From an uncultured virus (IMG/VR IMGVR_UViG_3300027631_000013) (taxonomy: Duplodnaviria > Heunggongvirae > Uroviricota > Caudoviricetes): DNA of 64,000 nt. Position numbers and translations under genes: made by a program. The DNA is taken from IMG/VR virus record IMGVR_UViG_3300027631_000013; one strand, 5' to 3'. The notes below the pieces were generated by a model. That model saw only the letters and a list, made by a program, of their open reading frames with translations, was not told the DNA's origin and did not search any database. Numbering within the stretch: the stretch's first letter is position 1; every line of letters begins with the position of its first letter. Below are positions 1-8,079 of the stretch, in pieces.

Positions 1-164
1 GAAACATCATCATCATTAATTGCCCTTCTTCTAACTCTGTCTGCCATATAAAAAATATCAACAGAATTAGCATTAGGAAATATATCTTGTAAATGTTCTT
101 TCAATGGTTTTAATTTACCATTGAAAGAATAATATTTTACTTTTCCTGACTCTCTGTACCACAT
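1..164 (-). CDS. Partial hypothetical protein running off the window start (MWYRESGKVKYYSFNG...)
   Basis: Translated by hand: ATG at 164 directly follows the stop of 165..1046 and the frame stays open to position 1. The MWY(R/K) start resembles 12555..12983. Confidence 0.7.
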   Translation of the reverse strand, partial: MWYRESGKVKYYSFNGKLKPLKEHLQDIFPNANSVDIFYMADRVRRRAINDDDV

Positions 165-1046
165 TTAAATATTTGATGCACTATTGGACCATTGTCTGCA
201 GCTCCAGTATCTCGCTTTAGTTTTAGGTCCAGGATTTTCGCAGTTATGTCTTGCTCTAAAGTTCTTTCTTCTTCCAGGAATATTAGATTTTATTTTCATG
301 TTAGGATCGCCAAAATTAACTTTTACGATGTTTCCCTTATCATTCTTTACATAAACAGAGAACTTTTTTGGACCACCTGGAGTACGGAAAGGCTTATTTA
401 ATTTTGGGTTTTTCTTCTTCTTAGTGGATGCAGTTTTTTGATTTTCGCCTTTCATATAATCAGCAACAGAATCTAAATAATCTACACCCTTAGTAATTTT
501 AGATTGAACCCACGCAGGAAGTTCACCCTCTGTATCCTCACCAAGAATAGAAAGTAAATCTTCAATAGCATCCATAGCAGTAGACAATTCATTTTTAGCC
601 ATGTCATACTCAAAATCAGGCTCGCCATTCTCTTCGTGATGATCTTCTTCTTCGTGGTGCTCTTCTTCTTTTACGAAACCAGCAACTCTTACAATTTTGA
701 CACTGCTAACTTTCTCCATCATTCCTCTAAACTTTTTTTCAAATAAGGAGATACATCTGTCAATATTGCTTTCCATGTCCATGCTAAGATCAATCATTTT
801 GTAACATTCGGAGGCAACTTCTTCCATTTGTCCACGATATTGTTTTAAGAAATCAGCATTGGAAGTTTGAGTAAAATAATCCATCACTTGATTTGCAACA
901 GCTTCAGCTAAATTGGCTTTGGATAATTCTACAGATTCAAAGTCATCTGGAAGTAATTTCTTTGTTGTGTCGGTGAGGATGTCAGCTTCATCATACATGC
1001 CTTTCTCATCTAACATATTTGCAATTTTTACTAATCTATCAATCAT
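165..1046 (-). CDS. Modular phage hypothetical protein, possibly virion-internal
   Basis: N-terminal LVKIANMLDEKGMYDEAD motif, acidic His/Glu linker, helical ELPAWVQSKITKGVDYL module and basic C-terminal module (KVNFGDP...RRKNFRARHNC...ARYWSC), recalled from large phage genomes. Confidence 0.75.
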   Translation of the reverse strand: MIDRLVKIANMLDEKGMYDEADILTDTTKKLLPDDFESVELSKANLAEAVANQVMDYFTQTSNADFLKQYRGQMEEVASECYKMIDLSMDMESNIDRCISLFEKKFRGMMEKVSSVKIVRVAGFVKEEEHHEEEDHHEENGEPDFEYDMAKNELSTAMDAIEDLLSILGEDTEGELPAWVQSKITKGVDYLDSVADYMKGENQKTASTKKKKNPKLNKPFRTPGGPKKFSVYVKNDKGNIVKVNFGDPNMKIKSNIPGRRKNFRARHNCENPGPKTKARYWSCRQWSNSASNI

Positions 1047-1076
1047 AATGTTGCTCCGTAAGCTTATTATTTATAT

Positions 1077-1140
1077 TTTTCTAAGATGTGATATAAAAAA
1101 CCTTATACATGTGAGGTTTTTTGCTTTAATTTGTAGAAAA
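1077..1140. promoter_or_regulatory. Back-to-back candidate phage promoters, AGG-N17-TAGAAAA on each strand
   Basis: Plus strand: AGG 1114-1116, 17 nt, TAGAAAA 1134-1140, ahead of ATG 1148. Minus strand: AGG 1103-1101, 17 nt, TAGAAAA 1083-1077, ahead of ATG 1046. Confidence 0.5.
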
Positions 1141-1147
1141 CCTTAAT

Positions 1148-1531
1148 ATGGATTTCTTACTTAACGACCAGCAAATACATGACACTTGGATCAAAATTGC
1201 AAGTTCTTCTGAAATATTGAAAAGCAGTATCCCAGTGCCAAACGATGTTGCTAAAATGGCGGAAAAAGCTTACGACAATAGACACAATTCTGATGTTAAC
1301 TTTGGCAATTCTGATATGTTTGAAATTGCCAGATCTCTTAAAAACAGATCCAGTATTCCCCTCTCATTAGTCTTAGAGATTCATAAATATACAGTGAAGT
1401 ATAGATACAGGCATTCAGACAGTAAAAAAGTTGCTTCATATTGGGAGTGGCAACTTTATGGTGGCGAAGCTGGCAGAAAGTGGTCAGAATCTATAGTAAG
1501 AGCATATATTCCTAAAGAAGTAAGAAATTAA
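1148..1531 (+). CDS. Phage hypothetical protein (WxLxGGxAGxxW-type domain)
   Basis: 127 aa; C-terminal WEWQLYGGEAGRKW resembles a small domain common in phage head-related genes; WIKIAS near the N-terminus. Confidence 0.7.
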   Translation: MDFLLNDQQIHDTWIKIASSSEILKSSIPVPNDVAKMAEKAYDNRHNSDVNFGNSDMFEIARSLKNRSSIPLSLVLEIHKYTVKYRYRHSDSKKVASYWEWQLYGGEAGRKWSESIVRAYIPKEVRN

Positions 1532-1532
1532 A

Positions 1533-1574
1533 TAAAAAACCTCAGTTATGTTATAATATATCTGAGGTTTTTTA
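1533..1574. terminator. 13-bp perfect inverted repeat (bidirectional terminator-like) with an extended -10 in its loop
   Basis: TAAAAAACCTCAG (1533-1545) / CTGAGGTTTTTTA (1562-1574); loop contains TGTTATAAT. Confidence 0.6.
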
Positions 1575-2336
1575 ATGAAAGTAGCAATAGTCCTTACTGG
1601 TATCGCAAATGGTAAAGTTGACGATACATCTGGGTTTGATATACCTAGAAACTTTAAAAACTGTTTCGATAATATACAAGAAAAGTTGATTGGGCCTTTT
1701 TCTGAAAGATATGAAACAAAGCTTTATATGACCACTTACGATATGTTCAATGCCAAAGAAGTGGTTGAAGCATACAATCCCCATAAATATCAGCTCTTGC
1801 CTTATGGTGGCTCTGCAGAAATTACCACCTATATCAAAAGTATGGAAATGCTGCTTGATGAAGATGTTGATTTTATTGTCGCCACCAGATTTGACATTTT
1901 ATTTAGAAGCAAGATTGTTGATTGGGATTTGAAGTTTGAAAAGTTTAATGTATGTTTTAAAGAAGGCAATTATAGTGTAACTGAATGCATTCCATTAAAC
2001 TTTACTGATTGTTCTATATTCATGTTCCCTAAGAAATATCTGAAATCTTTTATCATTGCTTTAAAACAAACATTTGCTTTCCACCCTCAACCGTTTTTCA
2101 GAAAGAATATGCACCCAGTTACTTTCAATTTCTCTAAAGTTATGGGGAAACATGCAGTTCATTTCCTATCTAAGAAAATGCATATTTCTTCACAAGAGAA
2201 CTCTTTCTTTTTCTTATATAGGCAAAAAGTTGATAAATATGGGTTGAACTATGTTTTGCCAGACCTAGATTTACCTCAAGTTTTAGATGATACACTACTA
2301 AGAAAATTCCCAACAATTGATAGAGTTAACTTATGA
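1575..2336 (+). CDS. Hypothetical protein, probably glycan-related
   Basis: MKVAIVLTG start and VDFIVATRFDILF motif, a type often seen in phage sugar clusters; overlaps the start of the dehydratase gene. Confidence 0.55.
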   Translation: MKVAIVLTGIANGKVDDTSGFDIPRNFKNCFDNIQEKLIGPFSERYETKLYMTTYDMFNAKEVVEAYNPHKYQLLPYGGSAEITTYIKSMEMLLDEDVDFIVATRFDILFRSKIVDWDLKFEKFNVCFKEGNYSVTECIPLNFTDCSIFMFPKKYLKSFIIALKQTFAFHPQPFFRKNMHPVTFNFSKVMGKHAVHFLSKKMHISSQENSFFFLYRQKVDKYGLNYVLPDLDLPQVLDDTLLRKFPTIDRVNL

Positions 2337-3286
2337 AAATTGTTTATATCACTGGTTGCTTAGGTTTTATTGGTTCTTACGTAACCACTCTATGCCTTGA
2401 AAGAGGTTGGTATGTTTATGGAATTGATAAATGCACCTATGCTTCAAACTTAAAAAAACTAGATTATTTCAATCAATTTGATAATTTTAAGTTTGAAAAT
2501 AAGGATATCCATGAGATAGACAGATTGGTTGATTGTGATTATATTATTAATACAGCTGCTGAAACTCATGTAGATAATTCAATAAGGAAAAGTGATGTAT
2601 TTTTTCAATCAAACATTTCTGGTGTTTATCATCTTGTTGAGTTATTGAGATCATATTGTAAGGAAAGTCAAGTTTTTCCAACTTTGATTCATTTCAGTAC
2701 AGATGAAGTTTATGGTGATATTAAATCTGGTGAGCATATCGAAACAGATTTACTAAAACCAAGTAATCCATATTCTGCTACAAAAGCTGCTGCAGATCAA
2801 TTAATTTTGGCATGGGGAAGAACTTACAACATTCCTTACAACATTATCCGCCCTACAAACAACTATGGAATTGGTCAGTATGTTGAAAAATTAATTCCTA
2901 AATCATGTAAATATCTCACTTTAAATCGTCAAATACCTTTGCATAATCACGGTCTACCCATCAGAAACTGGTTACATGCTAAAGACACTGCTAGGGCTGT
3001 TCTGTCTGTTATTGATTCTGGTGTTGAAAATGAAATCTTTAATGTTGCTGGAGGATTTGAACAAAGCAACATTGATACAGTAAAGAAAATTATTAATTCT
3101 TATTTTGGAGAGCAAATTGATGATTACGAAAAGTATTTAAACTTTGAAATATCAAGAGCTGGACAAGATGTAAGGTATGGAATTAATGATGATAAAATTA
3201 GAGCGTTAGGTTGGAAGCCTGAAGCAATTTTTGATGAAGAAATTAGTCATATTGTTAATTATTACAAAAAGGTTTTTGTATGGTAA
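2333..3286 (+). CDS. rfbB: dTDP-glucose 4,6-dehydratase (extended SDR)
   Basis: TGCLGFIG Rossmann motif, AAETHVDNS, STDEVYG, PSNPYSATKA (YxxxK), NNYG, EKLIP, RNWLH, RAGQDVRY. Confidence 0.9.
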   Translation: MKIVYITGCLGFIGSYVTTLCLERGWYVYGIDKCTYASNLKKLDYFNQFDNFKFENKDIHEIDRLVDCDYIINTAAETHVDNSIRKSDVFFQSNISGVYHLVELLRSYCKESQVFPTLIHFSTDEVYGDIKSGEHIETDLLKPSNPYSATKAAADQLILAWGRTYNIPYNIIRPTNNYGIGQYVEKLIPKSCKYLTLNRQIPLHNHGLPIRNWLHAKDTARAVLSVIDSGVENEIFNVAGGFEQSNIDTVKKIINSYFGEQIDDYEKYLNFEISRAGQDVRYGINDDKIRALGWKPEAIFDEEISHIVNYYKKVFVW

Positions 3287-4122
3287 CTAAAAGAGTTCTA
3301 ATTACAGGAGGGAATGGATATATTGCAAGAAATACCATTCCCTTTTTATCTGAATATGATTTAACAGTTTTGACAAGAGAAAAACTTGATTTGTTAGATT
3401 CTGAAAAAGTTAAAGAGTTTTTTCAAGATAAGGTTTTTGATACAGTCATTCACACAGCTACATATGGCGGGTACAGAACTCAAAAAGACGATCCAGAATG
3501 GGTTTATAAGAATGTAGCAATGTTTTACAATCTTATGAATTGTCAATATAGTTTTAAGCAAATTATCAATCTCTCTTCTGGGGCGCAATTTGACAGAAGA
3601 TACCCGATAGATGATACGAGATTTCTTCATCATTCTTTCCCAATAGACCCATATGGATTAAGTAAAAACATAATTACTAAAGTTGGCAGAGATTCAAACA
3701 AGTTTAAAAATTTCATCATTTACAATATTTTTAATCACGATGAACCAGATACCAGAATGATTAAAAATAACATAAAGAGATATATTAACAAACAACCATT
3801 GACTATATTTAAAGATCGCAAAGTTGATTTTTTCTTTATGGATGATTTTGTCACTTTACTCAAGCATTATATTGACAGTGATAAAACCTTAACTTTTGAA
3901 TTAGATTTGTGTTACTCTAGAAAATATTATCTTAGTGAAATTGCAAATATTATCAACAGTTTGGGTGAGCATTATGTTGATATTAATATAGAAAACAATA
4001 ATCAAGATTTGCCTTATATTGGTAATGGCGACAAAATAGTAAGAAGTAATTTACCTTTTATTGGCTTAGTCGATGGTATAACTCTTACATATAACAAACT
4101 ATTAGAGGCAAAGAATGTTTAA
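3280..4122 (+). CDS. NAD-dependent epimerase/dehydratase (SDR)
   Basis: VLITGGNGYIA, SSGA, PYGLSK (YxxxK). Confidence 0.85.
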   Translation: MVTKRVLITGGNGYIARNTIPFLSEYDLTVLTREKLDLLDSEKVKEFFQDKVFDTVIHTATYGGYRTQKDDPEWVYKNVAMFYNLMNCQYSFKQIINLSSGAQFDRRYPIDDTRFLHHSFPIDPYGLSKNIITKVGRDSNKFKNFIIYNIFNHDEPDTRMIKNNIKRYINKQPLTIFKDRKVDFFFMDDFVTLLKHYIDSDKTLTFELDLCYSRKYYLSEIANIINSLGEHYVDINIENNNQDLPYIGNGDKIVRSNLPFIGLVDGITLTYNKLLEAKNV

Positions 4123-5326
4123 AAAAGATTGCAGATGTTGCGAAGGAACTAATCTAAAGTCTGTCATTGATTTTGGAATTATCCCTTTAGCTAATAACCT
4201 TTTAGATTCTTTCATTGAAACAGAGAAATCTTTTCCCTTAGAACTTATGTATTGTGAAGACTGTCATAATTGTCAACTTTCATACAGTGTAGATTCTAAA
4301 GTTATGTTTGATAATTATTTGTATGTTTCATCTACAACTGAACAGATGAGACTTCACTTCAAATATGCAGCTACTAAAATCGTTGAAGAATACAAGCTTA
4401 ATTCAGACAGTTTAGTGGTTGAGATTGGTTCTAATGATGGTGTTTTTCTTTCACCAGTACAAGATAAAAATGTAAAAATCTGTGGAATTGAACCTGCTAA
4501 AAATATCTCTGCCTTAGCAAATGAAAAAGGCTTACACACATATAATGGATATTGCGACCAAGAAGCAGTAGGGTATGTTTTAAGTAATTTTGGTAAAGCA
4601 GATGTTGTCACTGCCTTCAATGTTTTTGCCCATGCAGATAATTTGAAACTAATTCTTGACAGTGCTTTTGAAATGTTAAAAGAAGATGGGGTCTTTATTG
4701 TTGAAAATCAGTGGCTTCTTAAAACAATGCACGACTTGACTTTTGACAATATCTACCATGAGCATTTTAATTATTGGTCAGTTACGTCTATGAATAATTT
4801 TGTTAAACGTAATGGATACTATGTGCAAAAGGTTGAACGTTTTAACACTCATGGTGGTTCTATCAGAGTTCATATTTCAAGAAAAGAAGTTAAAAGTGAT
4901 TCTTTGTATCATTTTTTAGAGCTTGAAAATTGCCATGGATTAACTACTTTTGAAGCATATGAAAGATTTGGAAAAAACATTCAGAAGTGCAAAAGAAACA
5001 CTGTAGCTGCTTTTGATGAATTACAAGCAAAATATGGCAAAGTTGTAGGTTATGGTTCGCCAGCTAAAGCCACTACACTATTAAATTATTTTGGCATTGA
5101 TCATAATTATTTGTCATTTATTATAGAAGACAATCCATTGAAGTTTGAAAAGATTGTTCCAGGTATCAAAGTTAAAATCACCAGTAAAGAATTGGCTGAA
5201 AAGATTGTTCCTAAAGCAATTGTTGTTTTTGCTTGGAACTTTTATGACGAGATCTTGAAAAACAATAAGGTTTTTACAGACATGAACGTACCGTTTTTTA
5301 ATATTAAGGATTTACAAAATGGCTAA
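4115..5326 (+). CDS. SAM-dependent NDP-sugar C-methyltransferase
   Basis: N-terminal Zn motifs CRCC and CEDC, VEIGSNDG, NVFAH, FDNIYHEH, THGGSIR, GYGSPAKATT, AWNF. Confidence 0.9.
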   Translation: MFKKDCRCCEGTNLKSVIDFGIIPLANNLLDSFIETEKSFPLELMYCEDCHNCQLSYSVDSKVMFDNYLYVSSTTEQMRLHFKYAATKIVEEYKLNSDSLVVEIGSNDGVFLSPVQDKNVKICGIEPAKNISALANEKGLHTYNGYCDQEAVGYVLSNFGKADVVTAFNVFAHADNLKLILDSAFEMLKEDGVFIVENQWLLKTMHDLTFDNIYHEHFNYWSVTSMNNFVKRNGYYVQKVERFNTHGGSIRVHISRKEVKSDSLYHFLELENCHGLTTFEAYERFGKNIQKCKRNTVAAFDELQAKYGKVVGYGSPAKATTLLNYFGIDHNYLSFIIEDNPLKFEKIVPGIKVKITSKELAEKIVPKAIVVFAWNFYDEILKNNKVFTDMNVPFFNIKDLQNG

Positions 5327-5996
5327 TGAATTGATGGGTGTAAAGTTTGATTTGTTTTGCCCAGCTAATAATTATGAGCAGCAGAACATTGTTGTAGAAC
5401 ATTTGGCGAATCAGGGTTTTGAGTGCAAGAAGTTTGATGGTGCCAATTATCCTTCATGGGCTAAAATTGTAAATGAATGTATGGAGCAATGTGAATCTGA
5501 CATCTTCTTTTACATCTCCCATAAAAACAGACCAAACAGAGAGCAAATAATTAAAACTATTTCTTTATTAAAATCTGGATATGGAATTGCTGGAATGTTT
5601 GATATGACTTTCCATGGCATTAATTTAGATGTAATTAGAAAACTGGGTCCATATGATGAGAGATTTTTAAATGGTGGATGGGAAGAAGTTGATATGTTTT
5701 GGCGATGCTGTGAAAATAATATCGCTGTGTATACTAATCAAGAATCCTATTACACTTGGGAAAAAAGCACTTGGCAATATGGTGGATTTCCTCATTACAA
5801 AAAGAAATGGTTAGAGCCACAAGGTGATAATTATTTAAATAGATTGTTAGACGAAGAGAAATATAATTATAATTTTGGTTCGTCTAAGAGTTCTAAGTTT
5901 TTACCTTGGACAGAATCTTTTATCCGAGGGCAAGAAGAGAATAAGAACAATTATAGAGATTGGAAGGTTATGAAGAAAAACTCTTTCTTCTTGTAG
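5319..5996 (+). CDS. Putative GT-A (GT2-like) glycosyltransferase
   Basis: SWAKIVN and IRKLGPYDERFLNGGWEEVD match the GT2 GxFDExF..ED pattern. Confidence 0.6.
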   Translation: MANELMGVKFDLFCPANNYEQQNIVVEHLANQGFECKKFDGANYPSWAKIVNECMEQCESDIFFYISHKNRPNREQIIKTISLLKSGYGIAGMFDMTFHGINLDVIRKLGPYDERFLNGGWEEVDMFWRCCENNIAVYTNQESYYTWEKSTWQYGGFPHYKKKWLEPQGDNYLNRLLDEEKYNYNFGSSKSSKFLPWTESFIRGQEENKNNYRDWKVMKKNSFFL

Positions 5997-6426
5997 GTGA
6001 TTCTTAATAATTTGTTGTAAAAAGTAATTGAAAGCAATTTCAATTTTGGTTTGCGGTGGCTTAACATCGTTAGATAATCAAAGGGATAAAGTAATTCTCT
6101 ACTACTCCCGCCATGAAAATGGTCAGTTAAGCAAGCCTAGTTTCTGTGAGTTTCAGGTCCGAAGCCTGGAAATATGGAGTAAGATGAGAACTATAAGGCA
6201 GCAATCTTATTAGTTCTAGCAAACATCGATACCTAAGAAACAAAGGGTAGTTACAGGGTCCGAGAATCACGGTTAAGGGCTTTGTAGCAGATTGAAAGGT
6301 AAAACGGAGTTTGTATACCGGATTAATCTTGAAAATCGGTCAAGTAATCTTCGTGGAGATGAAAGACATGAAGTGGGTTAGTTTTTGAGTAAAAAACTAA
6401 CAAGATGCGCCCACTTCGGTAGAGAA

Positions 6427-6522
6427 GGGCATAGCTCAATTTAGAGCACCGCACAAAAGCGTTGATGTTGGTTTGGAGTAATTAAAGTAACAAAAGCATA
6501 AGTTACAAATACCAACTGCCCA
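6427..6522 (+). other. Degenerate tRNA-like cloverleaf inside the large RNA
   Basis: GGGCA/TGCCC acceptor-like stem, TAGCTCAATTTAGAGC D-arm, CGC-ACAAAA-GCG arm, GTTGGT/ACCAAC T-stem with a ~38-nt insertion in place of the T-loop. Confidence 0.6.
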
Positions 6523-6768
6523 TAAAATTAGACGTGTCTTGCATTAGCAGTAAGCAGTGAATGTTGAGAGAAGGTTTGCATAATTTAGATTATATTCTCT
6601 TAAATGAATAGTTTGCGAACGCATATTCCAAATTATTCACTCTCAATAGAAGCTAATGTTAAACTGGACAGCCGCCAGTATAAAAGGACACTGCGTAGCT
6701 TGACATAAATGTGGACAAACACTTAGAGTATATGATGCGGATATTTTACAGTGTCACGAAGCTACACA

Positions 6769-6799
6769 CCCTGGAATTAGTCTCATTCCAGGGTTTTTT
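6769..6799 (+). terminator. Intrinsic terminator
   Basis: CCCTGGAAT (6769-6777) / ATTCCAGGG (6785-6793) followed by T6. Confidence 0.85.
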
Positions 6800-6816
6800 C
6801 ATTTTATAAAGTAAGT

Positions 6817-7620
6817 ATGTTAGCTACTTATTTAATTTCCACCAACAAAAATCGTCCACAACTAAAAGTTCCATTTGCTACAAAAATGGTTTGCTTGCAT
6901 AATTTTTTAGAAGTATTCAAAAACGAAAGAATATTTATTTTTGCTGATAATTGTGATGAAGAGACGTTAGACTATCTTTTATCTTTAGACTTGGAAATGC
7001 ACTCTGGAACTTATGGCTTATATCATTCTCAAGTAGCTTTATATGAAAAAATACTAGAGATGAAACTTGATCCTCTTGAAATTATTTATTGTTCTGAAGA
7101 TGATTATTTACACCAGAAAAATGCACCAGAAATTATCAAAGACGGCTTGACATTTGCAGATTATGTTACACTATATGATCACCCAGACAAATATTCAAAC
7201 TTATATCGATTTGGTGAAACAGTTAAAATTAGAAGATCTTTTTACACACATTGGAAAAACACAATATCTACTTGTATGACATTTGGTTTCAGATACAAAA
7301 CTTTATGCGAAGACATTAATATTTTAAGAGAATATCCAAAAACTCTAGACCATAATATGTTTATTAATTTGAAACAGAATAGCAGATATCTTTATTCTTC
7401 TATTCCTGGTCATTGTTGCCAGATGGATAGATTTATGAATTCTGATAAGGCTAACATTACAGAAAAATGGGCTATAGAAATCTTGATTAATGAAGGTTTA
7501 TCTCAGCTTACAGAACTAAAATTAAAAGAGTATGATAATATAAGTTTTGATGAAAATCAATTTTATCAGAAACTTTATTGGATTGATGGTGCTCTAAAAA
7601 GTGAGGAAAAAGATGAATAA
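6817..7620 (+). CDS. Putative GT-A fold glycosyltransferase
   Basis: IFIFADNC, IIYCSEDDYLH (DxD-like), DYVTLYDHPDKY, STCMTF. Confidence 0.65.
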   Translation: MLATYLISTNKNRPQLKVPFATKMVCLHNFLEVFKNERIFIFADNCDEETLDYLLSLDLEMHSGTYGLYHSQVALYEKILEMKLDPLEIIYCSEDDYLHQKNAPEIIKDGLTFADYVTLYDHPDKYSNLYRFGETVKIRRSFYTHWKNTISTCMTFGFRYKTLCEDINILREYPKTLDHNMFINLKQNSRYLYSSIPGHCCQMDRFMNSDKANITEKWAIEILINEGLSQLTELKLKEYDNISFDENQFYQKLYWIDGALKSEEKDE

Positions 7621-8056
7621 ATGGTTTTTTAGTTTAGTATTATTGTCATTTGGTGCATCGGCTTTTGCTCAAACTCCACAACTTGCAAATCCATTCAATT
7701 ATTACAAGTCGGACAATATTTTTAAGACAGATATTGATGTGAAGCCAAAGAAGTTACCTAACCTTAGCTTTAATGTCAAATCAGCAAATCTTAACGGAGA
7801 TTTGTCAAGATCAGAAGAGCATAAAGTTTCTGGACAATATAGCACTAAAGTATTCGGTGGTAATGCTGGATTAAAGTTCACCAATAATAAAGACTTTCTC
7901 ACACAAAGCATTAACCAAAGTGTTGATTTAAGTTATGGATTGAATGGTCCTTTTGCAAAATTATCTTTTACTGTCAATGCATTCAATAATCAACCACTCA
8001 TAGGTCAAGCAAAAAATAATACTTTAGCTGAGTTGAAGGGTACCATTTCTTTTTAG
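7613..8056 (+). CDS. Secreted protein, possible small outer-membrane beta-protein
   Basis: GAGGA RBS then ATG 7613; Sec signal MNKWFFSLVLLSFGASAFA|Q; alternating beta-strands; terminal Phe (ELKGTISF). Confidence 0.6.
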   Translation: MNKWFFSLVLLSFGASAFAQTPQLANPFNYYKSDNIFKTDIDVKPKKLPNLSFNVKSANLNGDLSRSEEHKVSGQYSTKVFGGNAGLKFTNNKDFLTQSINQSVDLSYGLNGPFAKLSFTVNAFNNQPLIGQAKNNTLAELKGTISF

Positions 8057-8079
8057 GTTAGCGTGTATAATTCAGTATT

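Larger units (their letters stand above)
6026..6799 (+). ncRNA. Candidate giant structured non-coding RNA (~770 nt), GOLLD/ROOL-like or novel
   Basis: Only long non-coding gap in the window; more than 12 helices found by eye, many with G-U pairs; two GNRA tetraloops; embedded tRNA-like domain; 3' pseudoknot; own terminator. Confidence 0.8.

Noticed and set aside
6028..6213. 61-aa ORF in the ORF track
   Set aside because: TTG start inside a GNRA hairpin, no RBS, no recognisable motif; the region is better explained as structured RNA.
6427..6522. Functional tRNA gene
   Set aside because: 5-bp acceptor stem, 6-nt anticodon loop, no TTC T-loop, no D-loop GG.
6026..6799. RNase P RNA, tmRNA or self-splicing intron
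   Set aside because: No GAGGAAAGTCC RNase P motif seen; the tRNA-like part is internal rather than formed by the ends; the flanking ORFs are complete and the element has its own terminator. Not excluded by a covariance-model search.
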